A DNA stretch of 64,000 nucleotides, taken from the NCBI GenBank assembly GCA_012295275.1, contig CM022665.1:23064001-23128000 (forward strand). The letters run 5' to 3'. Position numbers and translations under genes: made by a program. The notes below the pieces were generated by a model. It was not told where the DNA came from, did no database searches, and worked only from the letters and a program-made list of their open reading frames with translations. Each line of letters begins with the position of its first letter. Within the stretch, counting starts at the first letter, position 1. Origin of the DNA: Chrysomallon squamiferum (taxonomy: Eukaryota > Animalia > Mollusca). This document shows positions 38,450 through 53,252 of this stretch, piece by piece.

Positions 38450-41400
38450 ATATTTATATAATTATATATGTATGTATGTATGCATATACACGTTATTAAT
38501 AAAAGTAAAATATAAAGCTACTTGATCAGTCCAATTTTTTTAAACAGTAAATGTTTTTCCCTGGATTTTTATTGATTTTATTCGTCAAATATGATAACGT
38601 CTAAATAAAACCATTAGATTTTTCTTTTCATTTTCCAATTCGTAGTAAATCATTAAATAACTGATTCTAATCTAAATCAAGATCTTAGAATCCAGATAAC
38701 TATTAAGTATTGAGCTTCTTAAGATTAATCTTCTAATCAGGGTCATATGCACCAGAATGACTTAATTTATTCCGTCGCTGTTGATTCGACATTTTGATAC
38801 TGTTCACAATACAGTGATTTTTTTGGAAATTACTCTGACAGTTTTTAATTTCACAGTGCCTAACACTGAATAACCCTTTCTTTGAGACAGTAAACGCACT
38901 GGGAAAGAACACATGTTTATGCGAGTGATTATCAACTTTAATGAATCGGGGACACAATTGCCGTTGGTTTTAGTAAATGTTATTTATTATGGATGAGATT
39001 TAGTTTTCTGCTTTACGTGCAGATAGCAATAACCCAAATTATTAACATATTGCTTGATATAACGACTGTTTGTATTTGATGACACGATCCGTGCAAAGTA
39101 CTTCTCTGTCATAACATTTACAAATAAATAAATTATAAATACGTAAGTAGATAATTAATTTAACGAATAATATTATGATAAGAGAAAGAAAGAAAAAGAG
39201 AGGGAAACTGAAAGAAAGGGATACATAAATATAAAGATAGAAAAAGAAATAAAGGAATAGTGTGTGTGTGTTTGTGTGTGTTAATTATATAGACATACAT
39301 ACACAGCTTTATTTAATTAAAAGATTACATCATGCAGAACACAAGTATTTAATGAAAATTACTTAACTGTTTTTTCTGTTAAAAATAAATAAATAAATGA
39401 ATAAATAGATAAATAAAATGATTAAATATGAGATAAAAAGACCGTGGGGCAAATATACAGAATTAATTATTTAAAACTGTCAAAACTTATGATGGTACCT
39501 GGATTAATATAATGGTAATTAAATAATTATTTTCATATGTAAAATATAATTATAAACGTATGCAGAATCAGCCTGCTTTATCCGCTGACTTGGTATCTGC
39601 GGGTTCGACCACGGTTCAGATATATATATATATTAACGTGCAGTTAATAATATTGTATTTTTATACAGTATGCTAGAAAGCTATAGTCAGTATTTTACAT
39701 GGGTTTCAGAAATTCTTAGTAATACCTATAAGTAGGTTTTCACGTTTTAAATACGTGTAGTGTAAAATTATCTAACTGCATAAAACATGCATGTATGTGT
39801 GAATGTATTCATGTATATACATATATATATATGTACATACATACGTTTGTATGTATGTACGTATGTGTTTTGTGTTTGTATGTATGTATGTATGTGTGTA
39901 AACAATGGTGACTACCAGCAGTGAATAGTAGTGGATGAAGTAGTAGTATAAAATGTGTTTGTTTAATAACCAATACAAAGAGTTTTAACTCCATCGCATT
40001 TACTTTTTTTTTGTTTCTTCTTGTTGGTGTGGATAATTTGTATTACATTTAAATCAAAAATGCCTGTCATGGTCACAACCTCTTTTTATTTTTCATCCGC
40101 TGCCGCCAGATTAACTTGTTCTGAAAAGGAGTCAGAAGCCAAGCATGGCGGATAATTGACAAGATCACGACCTCGATTCCGCCTCATTGACAGTGATTTC
40201 ATTAGTGACTGATATTGAAACACCTAATAATATTTGGCTTTTTCCATTATCAACGTAAATACATCAAAGCCAGTGTTAGTCTCATGACGTCGTTTTCAAG
40301 CTTACGAGATAAAAAGACGTCAAATAGCTTTATACGGTGCTGGCGGATTGTTCACGGGAAATCACACACACCTCTCTTCCGCGCAAATCAAATAGTCCTC
40401 GCCTGGTGCACAGCGTGGCTCTAAGCCTGTAATGACTGCGTCGAGCAAAGTAGTCTCTATTACAGATTCCTGAAAGTTAGCCGTTTACCATGAACAACAT
40501 GAAATCAAATTTCGTGCATCTTCATGTATCTCTTATTGATCTCCTGTGCTTTTCGCCAACGACCAAGAAAAGTTTAAGACGAAAGAAAGAAAAATTGATT
40601 TACACTTGACTGTACGCCCTCTCGTGTCAAACATCCCATACCTAAGCCGATTACGTGTTTACGCGCCCGAAGCAAGAGATGAAAGCTAGCCTTCTTAAGA
40701 CGAATTTTCGATTCGTATGCAAATTAAACAGCCGAAGGAGTGAAATGTAGAAAATTACAGTGCAGGATAATTAAAAGGCAACTTCTAAGTATAATAATAA
40801 TAATAAAGTGAATGTATGTTTTCATTACTATATGCAGTCATATTTTATGTACACACACGTATTCACCCAACCATCATATGTAGATATATACATGCGCACA
40901 CACACACACACACACACATACATATATATATACATACACTCATACAAACATTACGCATATGACGTACTGGCTCACGTATATACAAATAACTGCAAGAACT
41001 ATTTTGTCTGGATTTTCCAACACTGACTATTATTTTGATGTGCACAGAAACATTATCTGTAATAATAAAATGATCCACAGAAGAGATGACAAATTCGAGT
41101 AAATAGATAGTGTTTTTTTTTTATTGTTTTGTTTTTACTTTTTTATTTTTTTAATCTTGTTTTTATGTATTTATTTTAAATCAACAAAAGAAATAAAACA
41201 GTCTAGAAGAAAACAAAACAAAAATTCAAACGCAGTAAGCACATTTATTAAAAGAAAACACTTAGGAATATATTTTTAATCTCAGTGACCTACATTTTTT
41301 GCAAACCAGCATGGCGAACCAGACGTCTAAAGAAATAACAGGATGTATTTTTGATTAAGACTGCAAGTACAGAAATAAAGTGTTGACAGCTTACTAATAA

Positions 41401-44400
41401 CACATCATGACAATATCAGAGGTCTTAAAAAAAACAACTTAATTGGGCGATGAGACGTCGAAAATCGACCAGAGCCGTGGTTTGTTCCTTGGAGGTCTGT
41501 TCTCACTACAAGGCTGCCTTCCGTCCAAGAAGGTATCTTGTGGATTTCAGGAGCTTGTAATTGCAGGAAAGCACGGAATCTTGGATTAAACCTACTCATA
41601 TCCACTGCGACCGCTGGTTGATGCGACGTGATGTGGATGTAATTGCCTCATCCGCCGTCTGGGACAGTCTCATGGGTAATGAAGCCATCGTATTATGACA
41701 AGCTCATGACTAGAAGAGAGTGAGATGGCAAATCCGTAATAGGCGAGCAGCAGGCGTCGCTTCCTAGGGAGGTCCCTTGGGAAGGGGGATAATTCTTGTA
41801 GCATTTACTCGAGTCATTAGAATGAGGCGACTTTCCGCCACAAGGCTAAAATCAAACCCAGTCACGTCAGTAACTTTCCATTTCAGAGTGTTAAACTTTG
41901 GCTGTGACAGCGAGCTTGTTAAGGAGATATGACAAGAAAGAAAAAGCAAAGAATTATTAAGTTTATTCTATCGTGTCACTGCTGTCTTAATTGATTTTCG
42001 TCTGGCTTATTGCTAACAGAATGAAACGAAATTCTCAATTCAAACAGTTTTGTAACAAAACTATTTTTGAAGAATGCCAGTACAGATTAATTAGTGATCT
42101 TGTAGATTTATATAATTATTTCTAGAATTTCTGTATTATCATTACCATTACTAAGTAAATATAGATTGAAACTAAAATATAATCCAGTGTGTCTTAGATT
42201 TTTTAAATTTGTTTTTATTACTTTTTATTTGTTAATATTTTCTGCTATAAATAACGCAAATGTCTTTTGTTTTCTTCAGAATTAAAATGTTACCGTATTT
42301 ATGACGAATGGTTTTGTCTTTCATATTTTCTTCTTAAAAACCATATGCAGTTTAATGTTTTTCACAAACGGCAATATAGAGTTATTTTTGTCAATTAAAA
42401 GCATCGTACAATCGAAAGAATAGCAAAGGAAAATCATTTCTTTTCAGAATTCCTATTTGCTTTACTTTCTTTTGGTTTCAAAGTTTTTAAAAATTCCATC
42501 AACGTTTACTTGGATGGAAAAGATTCAGGTTTTATCAAACAACAAATCAAAGCCATCTAATTATATTCTAGTAACAAAACCAACATCTACTACGACGTTT
42601 TCAAATCGATGTGGAAAATCCATTTTTGCGGTTTGTTTCGTCTGAGTACCTTTTCTGAATTACTTTTCAGAAACCTTCCCAATCGCCTTAAAGACGTTAG
42701 ATTGATTGCTTTCAGGTCATTCCGGGTCGGAATGTGGAGGACATTACCCTTACCAGCCGCGATATTCCGGCATTTACTAGATTATATTACTTCTTTCAGT
42801 CTTTTACTAACTCCTATTTAGGATCGTTTAAGGTTGATCACGCACAAACAACAGAGCTAACAGAAACTTATAAACAGATTTGTTACGGAAAAAAACACGA
42901 TCGGCTGGACAATAACAATTTAATCAACACACTAATAATAGTAATCAGTGAGACGACTTGATAATAACGAAGTTAATGGTGTCACAAATAATATGAAAAC
43001 TTTAAGTATGGAGTTACAAAAGTAATCGCAAACATTCAAGGAGTAGTAGCAGAAGAAATATTAGTAGCAGTTCAACTGCTGTGTAATTGTAATAATAATA
43101 GTAAAGTGTAGTAGTAGTAATAGTACTAAGAGTAATATGAGTACTAGTAACTGTAGTAACAAGAGTGACAGTAGCTGAATTATATATATATTAATATATA
43201 AACCTCGTTCATTAAATTATTGCAACTAAAATATGATAATCACAGACACTACTAACTGGAACATAAAATTGTATGACTCTGAAATTTCGTTTTAATTAAT
43301 AAATAAGCCAGCAAATGTTAAAAAATGTCATTTCACACACAAACATAGAATGAACACAAGCGGAGATGATCTCCCTGGCGCATACCAGTTTGTTGTTGTT
43401 TTATTGTTTTAAAGAAATAACACACTTCAGCCTCATACACTTATGCTCACAGGCTGATAAATGAGTCTTGTTTTCCTTTAAGAGATTGTTTCAAGCTCTC
43501 TGTATCAATCTGACATTCCCTTCCAGTGGTTTAACGACTGTTTACGATTTTACGAAATTGCTCTTTGATTAAGTATACGGATAAATTCGTCTCGCTGTAC
43601 GAGTTATATAAACCTGCCTTGGCCTATCTAAGACAAATCACACTGATCCCGAGAGAAACCACGTGTACCACACCAAAATAAACAATTGCTGTGTGTGTAG
43701 ATAACGGAGACAACATGTATCGTGTTAAGCCGTTGATGTTGTTCACTTGACCGAGGCACGACACAAAGAAACCATGATGTACAATATGATATTTTAGATT
43801 AAGCACAGATTGCGTTTGTTTAGTACTCGGATAGACGCAAGGAAAAGATGTACTACTATTCACAAGGCATTATTGCCGTAGTTATAATGATTTAAAAAAT
43901 AGAAATTAAAAACTTGTGCTTTAGGAATAGATTTGAGTATTTGGTTTCTGTATTAAAACATATTAATCTTGAATTGAATAATAAAACTTATTGTTTTCGA
44001 CAGAGTCCAACAAAACAATACAAGAAAATAATTAAATCGAAACACATTCTCTATTTTTCTTTCTCTGTCTCTCTTTCTCTCTCTCCATCCCTCTTTATGT
44101 TTCTCTGTCAGTTTCTTGTATTGTCTCTCTGTCTCTGTCTTTCTTTTTCGTTATAACTTTTCTTAACCAAAAATAAAATCAAGTATGAACATTAATAAGT
44201 CTGCTTTTACTGTGTCGTGCAGTGAAAGAAAAAAAATCTCAGGTCATCATAAACTCAGTTGTATGATCATTACAAAATTTCAGTCTAATCCTCACAGACT
44301 GATCAACTCACGCAGTCCTCCGTCATCCCCTGGGCATAAACCAGTCTGGACTCAGGTGATCTGACAGACAACAAATTGACAGTCACCCACACGAAAGCGG

Positions 44401-45660
44401 ATTGTATTAATCCCCTAGACTGACTGTTATACGATCTAGGATGAGCACTGGCTTAATCACTGACATCCAAACTGTGTGCATACAGCTGCAGCGTCTCACA
44501 AAAACACGCCAATTCCCGTAATGAGCAAAACACACGATCCTGATGCAGATAAGCCCGCAAGATACGATATCAACTTGCACAGCTCAAAAACTGTAATCAA
44601 TTGATTCCGCAGATTGTACTCTCAGACGTCATAAAAGTTCTTGATTCTGATTTTTTTTTTCTCTCACCCCTCTTTAAATTCAGTCTTTGAAGATTCTAGA
44701 CGACTTCATTGCTTTTGTAGTTTACAGACAACTCTTTATTTATTAAACTCACAAAGTTATTGCTTTTTTAATCGTAATACTTTTTCTTTCGATACAGAAT
44801 GGAATATGCCAATGACTGAATTTAAATAATGCGCATCGTTTGTGTGTGTGTGTGTGTGTGTTTGTGAGTGATGTGTACGCGTACATGTATGTGTTAATGT
44901 TTGTACAAATAGCAGTGCTTTTTTGATTTTCAGTCAAATCTTAATTTATTTAAAGACACAAAATAAACCCAGAAAAATTATTCTTAGTCCTAAAACTATT
45001 ATTATTATTATTGTTGTTGTTGTTTTTGTTGTTATAATGTCTAACGGAACATATTAGAAAAAGGTTGAGATATAAAGAAAGAGAAAATGATGAAGAAGTG
45101 AACAGCAACATGAAACAAATTATGAATTTTAGCAAGAAGGTTCTGTAAAATAGTTATCCAGAAAGATTTAGTATCTGAATTTTTCTTTTCTAAATTAATT
45201 TATATCTGTAAATGAATAATGAAAGACTGAAATAAATAAAATAAGTAAACAATTGTTAATAATATAAAATAAAAACAGAAGGAAGAAAAGACGTAGTCCA
45301 GATCTATAAAACAATACATATGATTTTATATATACATGCGGAAAGAGCACACGAATAATATTTTTACCTCTCCACACTCACTTTCTGTAGGTCTACTGTA
45401 ATTAACTAAAGTGCATATCGACTAAACTAGATAAAACAACATTTAATGTTAACCGCACCCGATATATAATTTTGAAATGAAAAATACTGCAATTAATCTA
45501 CAGTATAAAGCTAAATCTGTATTTAAATTGTTGGACGTAAGTAATAATGGATTAGAAATCATCGATAAAAAAATATGTATATATATAAAAAAAAGAACTT
45601 AATTATAAGATCAACAATAAAGTATAGTTATCTTACAAAGGATCCAATTAAAAAGAAGTG

Positions 45661-45691
<31 letters not shown>

Positions 45692-45801
45692 TGGTTTAAT
45701 GGAAAGAAATTAAAAAAAAAGAGTAAAAATTATTAAATTATTTAATACCAGAGTGTATAATAAAATATTTTTAAAAACTTGACGTTCATAATAATGTAGA
45801 T

Positions 45802-45833
<32 letters not shown>

Positions 45834-47502
45834 ACCCCATTTTCGATTTTAAAAACAAGCTATCTTCGTTACGAAAGCTATGCAAACTATACAATTACAT
45901 ATTTCAGAATTTCATTATCAGTTAAATTGCTCTCTTCTTCCAATCAATAACGTTTTATTTACATTCCAATGAGGGGGAATAAAAAAAATGAAACCAAGTA
46001 TTATTATTCTTTAGATATTTTATCGATATTACTTTACGGAAGATCATGAAATCTTAATGAATGGATACATGGTAAAATTTTCCAAATATTATTAATAATA
46101 CTCTGTGTTTGAAATAATGGACTTGTCAATAATTAAAAAAAGTATAATACGGTAAATTTTACGATAAGAATAACAATAGCGACTTAATATGTAGGTAAAT
46201 AATGACCGTACTAAGGTAGTAATTTAAGTTCCGAAAGAAAAATCATTTTTATAAATGAGTAATTGTTGACGTATTAGTCATTTTAAACAGAGTGTGTAAT
46301 TTGTTAAATATAATGATATCTTTCCATTTATGAAAAATAAAAAAAAATATATAAAGGAAAAAAGAAAGAAGAGGAAGAGTTAAATTAAAAACAGAGTTAT
46401 AACAAAATTATGTGACTTAAGAATTTGAGTCAAAAACAGTTAAATAAAATTAAAATTACAGTCAGTAAAAACAACAACAACAACAACAACAGCAACAAAA
46501 ACAACAAGAATAATAACAACAAAAAATAAATAAATACAGATTACGAAGTTTCTAGAAGAACGAAAATTAAAATATATATAGATAAACTGATAATAATAAC
46601 AGCAACAACAACAACAACAACATCAGAACATAACAATAATAAAAAAAAAAAAAAAAAAAATTATAAAATAAAATAAGATAAATAAATAAATAAACAAATA
46701 AGTAAACAGACAAACAAACAAACAAACAAACAAACAAACAAACAAACAAACAAACAAACAAACAAACAAATAAATAACATTTTTACCAGTTTCAAATACA
46801 ACCCGACATCTTCATTACGCGTGATTTTTATATTACGTTTTATTCTGTTATGTTAATTCACATTTGTTTTCCAGTTCATCTAACATCATGAAACCTGCAC
46901 TGGGATGCTGCCATCGTGTCACCAGTCTGTCATCGAAGCCAATCGTCTCAGCCGAGATGCGTGTTACATCCCTGCCCAAGAACCGTAAGTAATTTTGTTA
47001 GGTTAGTCGAAACTCTGTCAAAAACGAGGTGTCGGGAACTGACGCCCCAAAACTGCTCGTTCCGGTAAGTCGACAGTATCTCGCATTACGTCAGATGCGG
47101 TAAGAGGTTCCCGTTGAAGAACAACAACGATGTACTCAACGTCGTGGTTTTGTAGGAGGAGCAAACACTGCACGGGATTACGCACCTGCATTGACATGTG
47201 CTGTCATTTTGGTAATCTGACATCTCTTATCAGGCCGAAAATCTCTGAGAACATCTTCACTTGGAAAGTGAAGTTTTAAATCTGCACACTCCATTGTGGG
47301 AACATGCGCGGACATGGGAAATCCTCTGACTAGATTGTCGTAAATGAAAATGAAAATAGGATAAATAGCGGATTAATTCTTTAATTTGAAGGGGAAAAAA
47401 CAAAAATACATTTGGGAATGAAAAGAATAATACTGAAGGGGCAAAACAGTGGATGACGTACAAACACTAAATACATGTATCTATATCTGCATCAGTATCT
47501 GT

Positions 47503-47521
47503 ATCTATATCTATCTCTCTG

Positions 47522-47593
<72 letters not shown>

Positions 47594-47633
47594 GGTATGT
47601 ATGTATGTATGTATGTATGTATGTATGTATGTA
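47503..47633. repeat. (TATC)n-(TATG)n microsatellite
   Basis: Directly visible. Confidence 0.95.
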
Positions 47634-49371
47634 TTTTTTTTTTAATGATTGTCATTCTTCCACTATATAAATTCATTCTGATTATATTAATTTTTAAAGA
47701 AAAAACTCCACAAAACTACAGAAACAACAAAACATTTTTCTACCCCCAATGAATCTAAAAAGTATATATATATATATATATTTTTTTTTAAGGTTGAAAG
47801 GAAATACGCATGTATTTATTATCGCAATAAAAATAAACCATAGTTTTCAGTGATATATGTATTTATTTTTACGTATTCAAATTTTGCTGGACTATTTTTT
47901 AATTATATTTGACACATTTGTTTCTACATGTGAATGGTAGGTGTTACAATTGATGTACGAACTTTGGAAATTATCTGATATTTGTTATAGTAGGATTAGC
48001 ATACTTACATAAAACAATTATTATACAGCGATTTTTTCTTCTTCTTCTTTTTTTAATTTTTGCCAAACTTTAAACAACTATTCTATTTATGCAATTTATG
48101 ACAATTTTAATCTTCATTCCAAAGTATTAGACAATTTACAGATTATTAGCATTACGAATTTAAGAAGAGGCTCATGAGAGGAGGGTGTCTGGAAGAAAAA
48201 GAAGATTCAGAACTGTCTACTAGCGAACAAACGTGCGCATTTTCCAAGGTATCTTCTTCTTCCACAGTAGTCCTTAGTATTCAGTCTACCACACGTAACA
48301 CACTGGAAAGAAGACAGCCTCAAGAAGGAATATCATAATATTATTGTGAGATGTGATATATGATGAATGTATATGTTTAATCGTTATGGTGCACGACCTG
48401 CATGCAGTAAGCTAATCACCAACGGGAAATCATCCCCCCGCAGAACCCACGTGCGTAAGCCACCTTCAAAATGCCTCCCCAAGAAAAAAAGCTTTAAGGG
48501 AAGAAGCCAGGATTAGCAAATGATATTTATATAGTTGCAAGCTTTGCGAACTGGCAAGAGAAAACACCAATTAATGAATTCCTGGCAAATCTCTTCCTGA
48601 AGGTCTGCGGCTGGAAATTGGACACAAGCTGTGATCACCCTCTTAGTGAAAGCAGCACGGTAAGTGTTTTGACATTGTGCTGGTACGCCGCAAGTGTTTC
48701 TGCTTATTTCACATATGTATCCATATTTCTTTAAACATGGATGAGTTAACTGTAAGACCTGCCTAATTGCACTAATAAAGGAAAGTCGACAAGGATATTG
48801 GAAACACATGAAGGAGATAGCTGCAACACCATGGATCACAGCGAAAACAAAGATGGCGGACATCGTACTGGGGTTACAAGTATTACTGCCATCAATACGG
48901 GAAAAAAGTATTGGCTATCGAGGTTAATTTATTAAAACAGTAAAATGTGTTTTTGGTTCCGAAATTCTCTTTTTGAAGGAAAATCGTGATTAAAGAACGA
49001 TTTAACCTATATAATAATCATTATTCAGAGAGAAGGTTTATTTAAATGCATTTTCTTATTTATCAATACATCGTAAATAATATGTGCGCAATATGTGAGA
49101 TGAAAGTTGCATATCACAGTTGAGTGCACAGAACTAAAACATGTCTACAGAAACATATTATTTTTAATTCACATAAATTTATCAATATAATTATATAGTA
49201 ATACATTACGCTGTTTTGAAGATCAAGTTATAAAGAATGTTGAAAGTGAGCTAAGAAAGAAAACACTCAGCAGCAGCTAATTAAGGGAATGGTGAGAAGT
49301 CCAAGAGAAAGGATCAAATGTCTGTACCATAAAATGTGACTAATAACAACAACAACAACAACAGTAACAGC

Positions 49372-49407
<36 letters not shown>

Positions 49408-49420
49408 AATAATAATAAAA

Positions 49421-49455
<35 letters not shown>

Positions 49456-51688
49456 AAACAATCTGTTTTTTCAATAATGCATTTTAAAATGCTACAAAAA
49501 CACTGAGAGTGTAACACAGGTTGATGATCCTTTATACGAAATTCCAAAATCTTTTATAAAAACATCTGTAAAATCATTTCAGTTTTAATTTTAATTTTAA
49601 ATACGTTTCTCTTTTCAATAAACATTTTGCAAGACTAAGAGTCATTTCTGTGTCTTTGTACTTGTTAAAAAATAAATCCTAATAATCTCCTAGACTGCTA
49701 TATATGCAGCGATAATTCTAAAAACAGTATTCGTATACTTCGTGGGATCAGATACCTGATCGAAATGACATTGATTTATCTGTTACACTTATACAAGTTC
49801 AAAAAACTCCTGTGTTGTAAATGATGAAATGCAGTCTGTTTAACCGTCTAATGAAGCGGCTGACGGCAGTCAACGATAATAACAAACAACTCGTTTCTCT
49901 TCAAAAAGTAACGAAATGTCAAACTTAGATAGATTATTCCTGTATAAATGATACTCTTTAAATGGAAGCACTTGGCACATTCTACCGTTTCATTGTTTCA
50001 TGTTGCATCGATGCTTCCAGACTCTTTTATGAAATATTAACTAAGCAGAAAAATAACTTGTGTTCCTTTTTGACTCTTATAAAGAAAATCCATCGCAGGA
50101 AATCTTAAAAAAAGGAAATCTCTAGAGAAAAATACCTTGTGCTGAATCTTTTAAACAAATGTTTATTGAATATTGAATTTTACAGCGTCGATCACCGATA
50201 TGCCCTGGACTTTTGACGCCATCTTTTGTCACAGAGAAACCTTTGTGTTCGTGGCACGCGCAAACACTGAGTCACATTAAGTCACATATTTATCAATGGC
50301 CAAAGATATATATATATATATGCTCGTTTTATGTGGCGGTTCTAAAGACTTCCTTTTCCAATTAAGAAAGCCAGACGCTATTTTCTGCCCGCTGTATTGA
50401 AACTGAAAGCTAGATTTCGCTTGTATTAACACCAGACTGAAAATGATACACGGTACCCGGTCATTTTAGTCGGAAAGAGTAAACCTGTCACAGAAAACTT
50501 TTTGAAATACAGCAAATATGTCGTTGACTGCTTGTTAACATTAAGATTATATGTGTAATTGGATCTCGAGACTTTCTCTGTATCATTTAGAAGTTTAGCA
50601 GACGTCACAACAGTCTTGATAACGTTGTGAATGCCATTTGTATTTCAAATGTTTACATGTGCATTTATTTTAAAACTGAGGAACAAATTATAAATAACGA
50701 CATTTTTTTATAACAAAGTTCAGAAAAGATTTCATACTAATTATCGCTTTATTAGCACTCACAACACTGTTAAAAATATTAACAATTAGAAAAGGAAAAA
50801 ATCTCACTTTCACTGTGCATGTTATTAGTAATTTTATATTAATTACGAATACAGTGGTTGTGACCTCCCCTCTTATACCCTTTAAATGTTTATTTCAAAT
50901 GTCACATTCATAGAATTTTACATAACTGATAAGGTAATCAAAATAATAGTCTTACTTTTTCTTTCATCTGAAAAAAAAAAAAAAAAAAAGCCTCTCACAT
51001 ACAAATACATTCCCAATTGTAAATTAATTCAAGCAGACTGACAGGTATTCCCATATCATACATGGAGAATACACAATAAAAATACTTGGCAGATTTACAA
51101 GACCAACGAATCCATTATTATCTTTTCTTATTTACTTGGTATCTATATACGAAATCAGGTAAGCATTACAAATCAAACAAATGTACGCTGACATTTCAAT
51201 TCAGTTAGCTTCTGTTTGTTTGGTCTCAGAACATCTCTGTGTTTGAAGCTAGCCTCTTTTGGAACTAACACTAACTACGTTCAACAGAGTAACATATCAA
51301 TTTGCACTTAAGATACACTGAATAATTGGCAAACATTTGCTAATTTGTTGACCAACGGAAGTCTGTGGACAGTACAGCACAGTGACTGTAAGGTGATACT
51401 CTGTTACTTGTCATTCAGCTTCAATTGTATTGATCTCTATTTGTTGATTTTGGAGAAGTGCAGCTTGACACCGCAGACTAAACATACCAGTCAATAAATA
51501 TTGGTTTTGGAAACGGTAACCCGTTTTGAGAATTAATGGTGAAAGTTTAAGGAAAAATGGGAAATAAGCATTTGCTCTAAGCTTGCACGCAGAATGCTTT
51601 TTAACAGCTTTTGTTTTTATCGAAAAAACAATATATATATATAGTAATAACAAAAAATAAATAAAATAAAATAAAATAAAATAAAAAA

Positions 51689-51721
<33 letters not shown>

Positions 51722-53182
51722 GTAGTGGTAGTAGTAGTAGTAGTAGTAGTGTCAGCAGTTGTAGTAGTAGTGGTAGTAGTAGTAACAACAATAGCAGCAC
51801 CAAAATATTATTACTAGTAGATATACACAAAAAATACATACGGACATACATACCAACATGAACGTACACACGCACAAACACACACAAATACACACATCCA
51901 AAAACATATAAGAATCAACCCAAGATTTATTTATAAATAACTGTAATTTATTTCTTGTTTTAAAAGACGATATAATTATATATTCACCCTTTCAAATTTC
52001 TCCGAAAATTATAGTTTGAAAGAGAAAGGTTTACGCATCAGCTAGTTCATACAAAAACAAAAGGCACTTTCATGGACATAACCACGCTTTTTGACGAATT
52101 TTAAAAGCATTGGTTAAAACTAACCGCTATACTCTTATCATAATTAAATTAATTAGCACTAGTTAGCACTTCCTTTTAAGCTCTCAGAATTTAATAAGCA
52201 AAGATGTAATTTTGATACATTAAGCGTTGTGGATCTACACATACTGGCTTTGTGTTCAGAAATTATTTTGAGGCTTTTTACGCGTGTTCTTTTATTTTTT
52301 TTATCAGTAGTCTTTTGTACTAGTTTAATAGTTATGCTTATTTCGTGTTATTGCTGATGTTCTATCTACTTACGAACTGTATTAATTCAGGAAATATTTA
52401 AAAGAATGAATTAATAAATAAATAAACAAGAACAGCAGTAACAAAAATACATAGAAAAACAGAAACGGATCAGGATATGTAAAAAAAAAAAATAATAATT
52501 AAAAAAAAGAAAGTAAAAAAGAACAATAATAATAAAATAAAAAAATAAATAAAAAAATAAAATAAAAATAATTATAAAAACAAAGTAAAACAATGTATAA
52601 GCAAAACAAAATGAAAATGAAACGGAATAAAACAAAATTAAATAAATCGAAATGAAACGAGGAAGAAAAACAACCACCCCCCAAAAAAACTACCATAATA
52701 AATACAAATAATAATATTAAAAAAAGAATGAAAGAAAAATGTACTTATTTATTTGTTTCTTTGTTTGTTTGCTTGTTTATTTATTTATTTGCTTGTTTGT
52801 TTGTTTATTTGTTTGATTATTTGTGGCTTAAATTAAAGAAATGTGATCTAACAATAGAGGAAAACCAAATCAACAATTTCTGAAAATTATTTTTACATTA
52901 ATATTACTTATGTACAAATACATATATTTTAAAATACTCTGATGGAATATAAGCTGTCTTTATTTAATTACAATTGTAAAAGTTAAATAATAACAATAAC
53001 AATAATAATAATAATAATAATAATAATAATTACAATCATAATAAATGAAATAAATAAATATAAAATAAAACACTAATATACCGGTATTTTTATATTCTTT
53101 TATAGTTAATTAACATTTTGTGCAATATAAAAACGTCAGTTCTTTTTTATTTTAGTTTCTGTATACAGATAATTAAACGTAC

Positions 53183-53185
<3 letters not shown>

Positions 53186-53247
<62 letters not shown>
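53186..53247. repeat. (TA)n microsatellite
   Basis: Directly visible. Confidence 0.95.

Positions 53248-53252
<5 letters not shown>

Noticed and set aside
48513-48863. 116-aa minus-strand ORF, and similar 60-100 aa ORFs in islands (e.g. 23621-23911, 22550-22798)
   Set aside because: No recognisable domain, splice structure or coding-like composition.
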